55,866 nucleotides of DNA from Psammoneis japonica. Taxonomy: Eukaryota. Below the pieces are notes generated by a model. The model was not told the DNA's origin. It saw nothing but the letters and a program-made list of their open reading frames with translations, and made no database searches. This document shows, piece by piece, positions 26,782-37,900 of this stretch (position 1 is its first letter; each line of letters begins with the position of its first letter). Both the position numbers and the translations under genes were made by a program. The stretch covers positions 1-55,866 of the forward strand of contig QPGO01000320.1 in assembly GCA_008632985.1 (NCBI GenBank), read 5' to 3'.

Positions 26782-28200
26782 GCCCTTGGTGATCTGCAGC
26801 TTTGCTGAATCAGGGTTCACCTGGCCAGACGGGCGACAATGCATTCCCTGCGGTGTGTGTTGTCATCCTCCTTGTTTCCGGGCGGGACCTCCCTTCCATG
26901 CACGACGTTCCAAGGAGGCGGGGCTTTCCCTCCCTCAGGGACTTCACCAGTGGTCCCATTTTATTTGCGAGAAGTGTGCCGTGCGCAGCGTCCTAGCAGA
27001 GAACTTCACTGTGCCAAGGACTGGCGATTGATGGCTCTGGAGCGCATGCGAGTCCTCAACATGGCCCATGCTTGGTCAGCCGGCACTCCAAGCCAATGCC
27101 AGCAGAAGCTCAAAGCGTTGCGCTGGTTTGAACGCTTCTTTGGGGCCCCAGTCCTCTCACCTTCCCCCCCTGGTTTGACCCCCTGCTGGTCCCGAGGTTG
27201 CTCTGGGGTGGGCTCAGGAACAGCATTCTCTTCACACTGGTCGGGACAAGGATGCTCGTGCAACCTTTGGAATGGTTCGACAACTTCGCAGTGCAGCATC
27301 CCAGTTCTACGCTTGGGACATGATGGCATCACACCCTAGTTCTGCCGTCCTTGCCGATGGCCGTCTCTTGCAGGTGCCTTGCCGATCCACAGACGATGTC
27401 GGGTCCACCTTCCTTGCTGCGGGGGACTCAGTGCTCGTGTTGGAAATGAATCCACTCCATCGGTTGCGCTCCTCGCCCGCCATGTTCAATGGTCAGACAC
27501 TGATTTACGCCGCCGGCACCGTCTCGCTGATGCCAATGTGCAGCACTTGGAATTGGCTCAAGCTGGCTTGGCAAATGTTCTTTCTGGTTAGGATGGCTGC
27601 GGTCATCTGAACTTTTTCTTCGGTCGTTTGCTGATGTTGAACTTATCGAACCCCATCAAGCAGCCACGGGACCTTCCTCAAGGATGTGGAGCCGTTCTAT
27701 TCCATTTAGGGCGCGACACTAAGGGCCGCCGTGACCTTCCGGCGGATGTTGTCATGGCTTGTGTTTCCTTTGCTGGTCTGTCTCCTGGACGCTGGTTTCA
27801 CCGCGTCCGTCGCGCTCGCCGTCTTGGACGAGCGTGGCATCATGACCACTGCCCCCTTTTTGCACATCCTGATGGTTCCCCTTGGACGTCTCGCCACTTC
27901 CGTGAAACTCACTCATGGCCGGGGTTAGAAGACCAACATCGTCAAGGTGATCCCTTCCTCCGAGCTTTCGATGGTTCCAGCCCTGCCTCCACCATCCCCC
28001 AAAAATTTTGGTCTTTGCACTGCCATCGCCGTGGAGCGCGATCCCATGTTTCCAAATGTCGTCTTGGCATGTTTCGCAAGGCTGCCAAGGATCAAGTTTA
28101 TGAACACGCCCGTTGGCGCGGAGTCGCCAGGGAGAGGCCATCGACGTTCTTTGTCGCCAATGGTCTCTTCGGGATCGCCTCATGTTAACTCTCTACTCTC
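26760..28200 (+). pseudogene. Tyrosine recombinase of the YR element
   Basis: GWLRSSE (catalytic R, ~27590), DTKG, WSLHCHRRGARSHV (HxxR), VYEHARWR. Confidence 0.85.
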
Positions 28201-28276
28201 AATGATGATGCGCCCTCTTTGAGGGATGCGCTGGGGGGGCAGCGCATAATTTCCTAGACGCTGGGGGGTTGAAGGA

Positions 28277-28460
28277 GAGGTTGAATGAGCGGTCGAGCTC
28301 TCCAGCGATGCTGTTTCTGATTTAGATTTCCATTTGGGAAACTCAAATTAGAGCCAACACCTCTTCAGACCTCGACTGCCCTTTAGATCTCTAAGCTCAG
28401 TGCGGGTGGCGACATTGCAGCCACCACCATCTGACAACGTAGAGATTGGAACTAGGAAAC
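28277..28460 (+). repeat. Split direct repeat B1
   Basis: gaggttgaatgagcggtcgagctctccagcgatg...ggaaac; near-identical to 28767-28951. Confidence 0.95.
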
Positions 28461-28750
28461 CTTGCCACTTCCCTCAATTGGAGGGTTTTCGCGACCAGAG
28501 CGAAGACGGAGGATCGAGTGCTCAGAGAAGGACAGACTGCACCGAGGCACATCCAAACCTGAACCCACACAGACAAAGTGACCCCACCTGGAGAACGTGC
28601 AAGAGGTCTTGAGCACTCCCAGTGTCGATGAGAAGCCTTCGCACCAAACGAGAATCCAAAAAGACACCAATGAGACAATGAACACAAACGATTGGCTCAC
28701 AAATTGCAACAGACAACGATCCAACAGAGCTCCAGATGTTTTGAACCTTT
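28461..28750 (+). repeat. Split direct repeat A2
   Basis: Copy of A1 directly abutting B1. Confidence 0.95.
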
Positions 28751-28766
28751 CCCACCCGCCCGCCCG

Positions 28767-28951
28767 GAGGTTGAATGAGCGGTCGAGCTCTCCAGCGATG
28801 CTGTTTCTGACTTAGATTTCCATTTGGGAAACTCAAATTAGAACCAACACCTCTTCAGACCTCGACTGCCCTTTGGATCTCTAAGCTCAGTGCGGGTGGT
28901 GACATTGTGGCCACCACCATCTGACAACGTAGAGATTGGAACCAGGAAACC
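28767..28951 (+). repeat. Split direct repeat B2
   Basis: Copy of B1 at the element's 3' end. Confidence 0.95.
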
Positions 28952-29720
28952 AGGCAGAGTTGAGAAGACACAAGAGATCACACAGCTGACACTGCAACTT
29001 CCAAGCTCAAGGGAACAGAAGAAACTTGTTCAAGATTGTCAATGTTGCTCCCGCTGCTGAGAAAGGAGAAGAGGCACAATGAATTTTGGATGGATGGGAG
29101 AGAGTGTCACAAACAGGTGGGTCAGACAAAAGCTTGAGAGCACAGCCTGAAAAGCTGGGCATGCTCATGCCTCAGAAGGCACAACCCTGGAGGATGCCAA
29201 AAGACCGGTCTTTGAGTGCAGCCCAAAGGGGGGTGAGGGGCACATTGGCAAGAGTGCACTGTGGTTTGCAGCAGAAAGTGCAAGATCAGAGTGACCAACA
29301 GCACAAGCAGTGCAATGTGATCAGGTCTAACAGAACAGCAAAAAGCTGTTTGAAACCTTTCACAATGTTGCAAACTTAAAGCACGAGATTGGAAGAAAAG
29401 GAGAGCAGATGCAGCACAAACAGATGGGCAACAAGCAAGAATGTTTTCATGGAAGCAACTGACCACGGCAAGGGACAAAGCAGCAGACAACAAAAAAGAC
29501 AATCTCACCTCATTTTGTCGTTTTGTGGTTGCAAAGATGTCTGTTTTCTCTCTAACTTTTCTGGCCAATGTGGTTGTTTTTACAATGTTGATGTGATTGC
29601 AGGGTTCTTTGTGTTTACTGCACTTCACAGGTTCAAAAGGACAGCTTCGAGCTTCTAAGTGATGAGACAAAGAATCGCCTGTTTCCATTGAACTTCGCAT
29701 CCGATTGCTCAAACACTTCA
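28952..29720 (-). mobile_element. Very old Ambal-like LINE fragment (post-RT region), right part, separated from the left part by the YR element
   Basis: Minus-strand SFLLSAALSLAVVSCFHENILACCPSVC resembles the post-RT LFLRSCPFNHIETWRCHHACHLSS block of the 12-18 kb LINE. It is colinear with the 17915-19912 fragment. Confidence 0.5.
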
Positions 29721-29775
29721 CAATGATTTCATTACCAACTTTTGCATTAAGACTACAGCAACTTAAGAAACCACC

Positions 29776-31534
29776 TTAGTCAAAAAGGCTGTCGTCAAGA
29801 GGGTTATCAAACATGTCGTGCCGAGGCGCCGCAAGAAGAACGGGTTTTCTGTTCTCAAAAAGCGTCAACTTCAACATATAAATGAACAGAAGGATGCACG
29901 TTACAACCGCAAATACCAGCGTTTCGTTCACATATTTCATTTTTGCAAGCGCAACAATAACCGCAAGAATCACGACGAAGACAAAAAACATTGCCAAAGG
30001 TGGAAGTCCAGGTTTGTAGTTGTCACCGTCACCGTAGACACGAGCCTTCTGAGTGGCCTTCAGTCTCTTCGCAAGCACTAGTAGCATCATCGAAGCCATG
30101 AATCCACACATCACCACAAGCAAAAATACGTCTGGTTTCGACCACTCATCAACTCGAAACGTGTCTAGTGAGCGACACTCTTCGTCACACCACACCCCGT
30201 ATTTAGAAATTCTCTGGCACATATTCCAGTCGCCAACATCATAGTAGTTGTCGTATAGCGAACGCATAACACCCGTATCCTTGGCACCCACAAAAGGACA
30301 CACGAACGAGAAAATGACGTCAGGTGTGAAAAACCGAACAAGACTCATGCCTAGACCGTAGACGGTGAGGGGACTTACGTAACTGCCAGGAAGTAATTCA
30401 TGTGCTTGTGTAACGCGCCGTAGCTTTCGTATCCTTCTTGCGTAGTAATCGTCCTGATCGTCGTCGTCGTTGACATCATCTTTGTAATCGTCCTCGTCGG
30501 CGTTGTCGTCGGCGTCGTTCTTGTCGTAGTCGTCATCAAATGCATCATCATCGTCCCCGTAGTCATCCTGCCTTTTGCCATTTTGGCTGATGTAGTCATC
30601 ATCATACCAGTTCCCGCTTTTCTTGTTGAAGTTCTCCGAGATTTCTTCAGGCGCACAAGTCTGGCAAGCATAGAATGGCGGACGGAACGATACCTTGGTA
30701 GAGAAGTAGTAGCCATTGATCTTGTAGCCTTTCGTGGAATGCCGTCTACTGCTTTCGCCGTCGTCGTACGGGACAGAGCACTGAGCATCTGTATAGACAT
30801 GTAGCTGAAGTTTAGTGGAGGTAAAAGTTTCACGATCCATGCAACCAATCTTCGCATACAGTATCGTGTCCTCGTTGTCGGTTTCTTGAAGCAAAACGCA
30901 CTGATTTGTCAATAGGACAAGGAGAAGAGGAGATGAGATCTAATGAGAGAGCCAGAAATACGAGGAGACTCGACTCTTACCCCAAGATATTCAGCATCCC
31001 CGGGTAACTGAAAGTCCCTTCCGTAAACCAATGCCTGGTAATTGAAGTAGGCTCTCATGTAGTGCGAAATTGATACCACAAAAGATCCGATGCTTCGGAA
31101 ACGGCATTGGTATCCTGAATCATTGTCAAATAGCTCGAATTTGATCATGTGGCCGTTATTACTGAGGTATATAAGAACGCGGTCAGTGAGCAATATAATG
31201 CGAGCATTGAGCAAATGGCACCAAAACAAACTCACTAGTTGATGCAAGATACAGGCATTACGGAAACACCATCGAAGTTCATCCCATCGTCCATACGGAA
31301 GGTGTCATCGCCATCATCATTGGCAGCCTCCACCTGCGATAGGTCATCGTAGTCATCCTTATATTCTTCTCCGTCATCGTTGTAATAGGCAACATTTCCA
31401 TCCCCCGCCACGACAAAGTTAAAGCACGACTGCCAATGCAACAACGGCCATGCGATAGCAATCATCCATATTAAAGAAGAGAAGTTGCCATAACGACTTA
31501 AGTTGCGCCTATTGCTTCCGCGAAGACCCCCCAT
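29776..31534 (-). CDS. Host gene, uncharacterised multi-pass membrane protein with Asp-rich segments (about 4 exons)
   Basis: Normal Tyr, CpG and TpA usage. N-terminal hydrophobic segment and 3 C-terminal TM helices. GT-AG intron 31162-31235 joins CIN-Y-NNGH. A likely in-frame intron lies at 30280-30378. An intron at ~30901-30980 has a phase I could not reconcile by eye. The start could instead be 31564. Confidence 0.75.
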
Positions 31535-31789
31535 TGTTTCGTTGTTGTGGGTGCGATCATCCATCACGCACGGGCTTCTGAATGAGATTATTTGACCGTT
31601 GCAAGTTGGCATGAATTCCCTAAGCCAACGGAAACCCCGCAATAGTCTAGCTACAGTAGTGCACACATACAGCATGGATTTTTGTGATGTTGGTATGATT
31701 TATTCAGCTACAGTTAGTAGGGACTCTTGTCAGTACATATCTTCCTACTACAGTACCGTTAGGAACGAATACAGTACATGTTATGTATG

Positions 31790-34700
31790 ACGAGTTACGT
31801 AACTGTCAAAACTCAGGCAGGACTCGGGACTCGCGCGCTCGCTCACCTCGTGTTACTGCATTGGCACTGCATCGGCACCTGCGGCGCAGTGTCCGTTTGA
31901 CACCGAGCTCTACCCGGTAGAGAGAGTAAAACAAAACCCAAAGTCTAATTTTAAGTGCTGCTATGCTTCCACCCTGCAACTCCAGCAACAAGCTAACCCA
32001 CACTCCCAGTGCACTGGGTGCGGCAGGAGCACATGACAATTGGCCAAGATCGGCATCACCCTCGGGTGATGCTGCGCCAAAGTGGCTTGCGATGGGTGGC
32101 ACGCATGCCTCGAACGGCTAGATGCCGGGCCTCTCGGATGCTCGACTTAAACATTGGCTTTACCATGGCTAGCCAGTTTTGGAGTCTGCAGGTAGAATGG
32201 GTGAGATGCTCATCCACCGAATCAAACAACCACTGTGCTCGGTCACGAGCCAAGCACTCATTTGCCCTTGAACAGATTTCTTTAACCTCCGCCTCTGCAC
32301 CCCGGTGTTGCGAAGACTTTCTTGTTTTGGAATCGTGTCCATGTGCTGCATCGTTGTGGGTGTCCCACAGCTCCCACCATTGCGACCACACGTAACTGCC
32401 AATCGTTGCCACCCAATCTAATCTTTTGTCTTTATCGGACAAGGAACAATGCAAGCCAGAGGACAACAAATGTGACGTTTGTGCCTCATTCCACAAAGAA
32501 GAAAAGCACCCACTGAAGATGTGGCGCCAGCCAATTTTGTCTTGAGATCGAAAAACATCTGTGACGCTGTGGTGAACGTGGTTAGAACAAAGCAAGTCTT
32601 CATGAAACCAACCTTCCAAGGCACACAACAACAGGTCTCGCATGGACGGGCGGGAAGTGTGAATGTCATCACATTTCTTCCACAAGCCTTGGAGGAACAC
32701 ACACTGCCACAATTCATTGTGGTTGCTGTGCAGGACATGGTCCCCATCTTCAAGGGGGTGTTGGCAATGTGTGCAGCAGTCGGGGCTCGGGGCGTGCAGG
32801 ATTGCATCTGTGGACGATCTCATTCGTCGGCAGCAAGTCTTGGACTAATTTCACGGTGCTCACCTTTCATCGAACATTGCAAGACATCAGTTTGGAATGC
32901 ACTCTCCAATCAATGGAATTGTGCACTGAGTCTGACCATCCACATTTCTCCTTCATGCATTGCACCAAGGCGGGACTGGACGCTTCACAACAAAGAATGG
33001 ATTTAAACTTCGAATTCACCGACAACGCCTGGACGTTTGGCAATGCAGAGCAGTGGGGCATGCAGGGGACCACCAAGGCATCACCAGTGCACTGACCCTG
33101 AAACAAACCTGCCAATTTGTTGGCTCTGATGTTCAATTTGGCTGGAAACGGGAGGGACTCACATGGAGCATTGTCGTCCTGATGACTTTTAATCCACTTC
33201 ATGTCGACGACGTTGCCTGCTGAGTGTCCGTTGAATTGGGCCTCCAAACTCTTTAATGAAACAAAGATCTCATGGATGACATCCCAATCCGGCACCAACG
33301 TGTTGGCCATGTGGTGCCTCAAGTGACAGTCTTGTTGCAGCTGAGATTCATCCCCACTTCCAATGGGAGCGGTGGGGGAGAGTGAAAGTTGGCAACATTG
33401 CGCACCAGAGAAGAGTTGTCACAGCAAGTGTCCATGCCATGAGAAAGAAAGCAATTGCAAAATTCCAGCACTCGAATGAGAAAGCGCAAGATGGATGAGA
33501 AGCCACATGCTTCAGCTCGGTGCGAGGACAGTCGAAATCCAAAGACCGGTCCAGCACAATCAACGAGAATCACGCCATTGACGGCTAGCGTCCAACCAAA
33601 GGTGCCATTAAAATGCAACACAGAGCCATCACTTCCAACCTCTGCTCGAAAATGCTGAAGGGAATCTGCTGTTTTGAACACTGATGCATGCATGGTGAGG
33701 TCATTGAACAGGGTAGACTCCCACAGCGACAAGGACCGCAGCCATTCACAGAAATCCCTGTGGATGGGAATTGTTGCAGGTGTTGCCACTGGGGACACAG
33801 TGGAGCGTAACTGACATCTGCCATCTAAAGTCACACCCACCATCACAGGAGATGCCAATGGAGATAGATCTGGAACCGTTTCTAACTGATGTAGAGTTTC
33901 AGCGCAAGCACCCTTGATGGGAAACACTTGACAACCCTCATCAGATTGGACATGCAGGAACTCTTTGACACAAGTGCCATGTCCATAATGTGTTGATCAT
34001 TCTCTCATTGTGCAAGAAGGACGCCAGTGAAATCCAATTCAAATTGTGAGTCAATTTGAGCAAGAAAGGATCTCATTGACACAAACCACTTGGACTCAGA
34101 GTGTGGGAGTTTAGTGTGAACCATCCATCAGAAAACTGGACCTCGTTCCAAGCTGGAATTGCATCCACATGCAACTGCAATGTGGGACAAGGTGTGAGGT
34201 TGACCTGTGCCTTGCCAGTGTCGGAGGAACTGCAAACATTGAGCAATGCCCTGCTCCACATCAAGAGACCAGAAACCACCACCTCCTGGGGTGTGCGGGC
34301 TACACAGAACATCCCGCTTGGTGTTGCGGTTATATCCGCACTTTGCAAAAACAGTTTGCATTGCCTTTCGTTGAATCTTGAGTAGTTCCTTTGGGTGGAA
34401 ATGGGTGTTCAGAAGGACACAAGCAGTGGAGGCCAAGCAGCAAGCAAAGCAGTGATCCATGCCTCATGATGGTCCAATGGGCACGACTGGAGAAACAGTG
34501 AAATGTCATCACTTTTCGTTTTTAGTGCCTTGCACTGAGTCTTTTGAGTGCCTGCTGGAGACTTGTAAAATGGCCCAAAGTCTTGTGTGAGGAACATGCT
34601 GAGAGTTGTGTGCTGGATCTTTTGGTGGATCTATCGGCAGAGTGTGTTTCAACATCTATCTCGTCATTGTACACTCGAAGGCATGGCTCGCCATCTTCAG

Positions 34701-34905
34701 TAAAAAGCCATTCAATGGCGTGAAACGAGCACTTTGGAAGCTCAAGCTTGTGTCCTGCCACGTCCAGGAGGTTGCACCACAACTGACTGTCTTCCTGCAT
34801 TCAAGGGACTGGGTCCAGTGCATGTGGTTGGGGATCAGCACAGAAGGCATTGACCTGACCTGAAGTGTCATCATCAGAGGCCCGCAGAAAAGGCCTTCAG
34901 TCACA
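31790..34905 (-). mobile_element. Ambal-like LINE 3' fragment (end of RT, RNase H, C-terminal zinc-binding region, 3' end)
   Basis: Minus strand: DDTS, QLWCNLLDVAGHKLELPKCSF, CGYNRN, GGGGF, SDGSVLHFNGTFGW, SSHRAEACG, CDNSSLV, PDWDVI, WIKSHQDD, CTHCQHPLEDGDH, QDKIGWRH. Internal deletions present. Confidence 0.85.
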
Positions 34906-37900
34906 AGTCATTGAACCCCACCATCTCATGGCATGCACGCATGCACCTAGATTGGTGGACCCCACTCCAGATTAAAATTGACATTTGCTTGTTGGAAAGA
35001 CAACATTTTTGTTCATTTTTAATTTACAGATTAGAACGTCAGGCATTTATTGTGCCACAACACATTGTATTTAATTGACATTTGTTGACTTGTGTGCCAA
35101 AATGCCAAGTCACACAGCACTGTCATTCCCTCAACTGAGGGCAATTGCATTTCGTTCCAGCTGAAAAATGTTCATTTTCATGTTGAACAAGGCATTTTTG
35201 CTGAAATTTCTGCATCTCCGTCCTCATGATGGATGTTGACAATTCTGCAAAAATTTCCACCCTTTTCTGCTCTCCCCCAAAACCCCCTCCTCTCCGCCAA
35301 ATCACAATCTTTCATTTGCGCCATTCCCCCGAGCGATCCTGTTTGGGGCATTTGTCCCTTCTACTTGTGATCTGTGGGTCCAATCCCCTGTGGTTTTGGT
35401 GAATCTGTGCAGAACCGCGAAAGCAGCATGACGACAAGTCCGTGGTTTCTACGTCCTCTGTTCATGCCGCGATGGCCCATGGCGGTTTTCCTCTCCTGCT
35501 GTTGTGACCATGCCCCGTCTCAAAGTCACGCCCAAGCAAAGCAATGTCTCTCTTCTAGCTCTGAATCATTCGGGGATGCCACCCAATGCGAAACTCACCC
35601 ATGGCACCACTTTGTCACGTCTCCAGACCACCACAGCTTGCTCAATGACATTTTTTCGACATCATCCAACGTGGTGGCAAACCTCTCTGATGACGTCAAT
35701 CTTAGCTCTGACGACTCCTCCGGTGGCAACAACTCGTCTGCTCAAGGCAATGATCACGCCAGCACACCATCTGCATCCGGAGACCTTGACAGTTGTGCCA
35801 GTGATCTTTCTTTTCCCAACAAAGATGATGTGGATGCCGATTCTTTAGATGGAAGCAATGTTTCTGTTCTTGATGACCATGCCAAAGTACACACAAATGA
35901 TGCTGACGGCACCCACATGACAAAGTCCCAATTTAAAAAAATCATTGAGACGCAGCACCGCTGCCAGAAGTTCATCGAGACTCACAAATGGACACCCTCA
36001 GCTGATCTCATTGCCCTGCCCTTCGTTTGTTATAACCACCAGAATCGAGCCTCCCATTTCTTCATGGAAGTGTTGAAGGTCAACGATGTAGTTGCCCATT
36101 CTCTTGGCTGTAAAGACGGCTTTCATTGTGTAAAAAGTCGTGGCTGGATTTGTTTTCATCGTAAAGATGGGAGGTGTGTTCTGGAGTGCCACAAGCTGGC
36201 TGAAACCTTTTCCAATCTTTCCCGATTCAGCAAACATCTCCATGCAATCATTGACGATTTATGAGAGATGACAGTGAGCGAACAAATTGGCAACGACCCA
36301 TGCTTCCCCTTCGGCTCCACAGCTTCAGATCCAAACTGGATTTTTTTGCGCAATGCCTGAGCATCACTGCCACCATAACGCAATGTTGCTTTCTCCCTCA
36401 CGTCAATGAAGAGTTCAGTGATTTTCGATGCTGGTCGACCATTGTTTTTTCCGGCTGCGAAAAGAGGAAACAGTTTGTTCTGTTTTGCAATGATGTTTTG
36501 ACCCTGATGAACATGGAACAGAAGTTGAAGGATGGGAAGGTCACCAAGAAGATCCTCACCGATCATCTGGAATGTGTCAAGGCTTGCGTTGACACTCATG
36601 CCACGGCAAAAGGCATGGCACAAAAATGCCAAGAGTTGGTTGAGCGTGAGCTCCATTCCACCTTCAAGCATTCCTGCAAGGACACGAATCGTCTCAAGTT
36701 CCACAACCTGGTAATTGTGCGATCACGTGTCCACAATCTCATGCATCCACACCTTTCCCGTGCGGCCAAGGCAAAGTTTGTTTCTTCCACCATGAGGAGG
36801 AAGAAGAGCAAGGAGTCCTCCAGTGTGTTTGCTGGTTCTCCAGCACCTCCGCCCACTTCATCCAAGAAAGAAACCAACCAGAATCCTGTTGCTCATCCAA
36901 CCGGCACCATGGCCGATGCCCCACCATCCGCCAATCGCTCCATGAGTGCACTCGCCTCCCAGTTGCAACCTTCGGCTGACAACAAAGTTGAGGCATTGAC
37001 AGACGGAGAGTCGTCATTGTCGGGTGAATCATCGACTGAAGACCACCCCATCCAGAATGTTCCCGATGCCGGTGCTGTGGGTCCATCTGTGGGAGGAGTC
37101 ACTTCTTCAGCAGCTCCATCGAAGCCAAGCACATCGGCCAGCACTACAACTTCCTTGTCAATCGAAGATCGGTTCCCCGGTGGTCATTGTTGCCACTTTG
37201 CATCCCTTTCTGATGTCTCTGGGTGTGCTCCTCGCGTTTGCATTTTTTAGATCCAGACATTGATGACGATGACAATGAGCAATCTGCCAATCGTGAGTTA
37301 AACCTGCACCATTCTCCAGTGGACTGTTGCTTGCTTGACGATCTATGACATCATCTCCATTCCTTTGTGACGACGCAACCACTTCCTTCTGCCACAAATC
37401 ATGACCGGGAGCTGGTGGTTGTCCCACCCAGAGCTCAACGTGTTCAGGATGACACTGCCATTTTGTGCTCGTCCTCCCATCTTTGGCAGAAACACTTTGG
37501 ATCTCTCCAAGTTGATGTCGGCATGATTGCCTGTTTTGTGCTTGAACACGGCCACTCCAATCCCAATCGTGATGGGAAGATCATGCACTGCAAGAAAAAC
37601 AACAAAGATTGGTCCAAGCAGCCAGACAAATGGGACCGGATCGATTTTGGCTGCAGTGGTCAGTCTCACGATGTGCTCGAGAACGGCAAGAAAGTCCCAT
37701 CACTGCAAGTCGGTTTTGGAATTTTCAAGAAAGAAAAAAACGTCGTCATCCGCAATCAGATCAAGTCCATGCTTGCGGATGCACATGATTCCATGCAGAG
37801 GTGCCATGATGAGCTAGAGACGGAGTGCTTTGGCAATCCTCGACCCTGCAACAACACCGCAAGAACTGCAATGCATGGGGCCACACTTTGCACTGGGCTG

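Larger units (their letters stand above)
19913..28951 (+). mobile_element. Tyrosine-recombinase retrotransposon (DIRS order; Ngaro/PAT-type split direct repeats), structurally complete but mutated
   Basis: Arrangement A1(19913-20202)-gag-RT/RH-YR-B1(28277-28460)-A2(28461-28750)-B2(28767-28951). No TSD. Confidence 0.92.

Noticed and set aside
6141..28200. Prophage or giant-virus endogenisation suggested by the recombinase and unknown ORFs
   Set aside because: No capsid, packaging ATPase or polB motifs were recognised. The identifiable domains belong to eukaryotic TE families.
19913..28750. Conventional LTR pair (A1/A2) of a Copia or Gypsy element
   Set aside because: No TG...CA ends, TSD or DDE integrase. 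The additional B1/B2 repeats and a tyrosine recombinase identify a YR retroelement.
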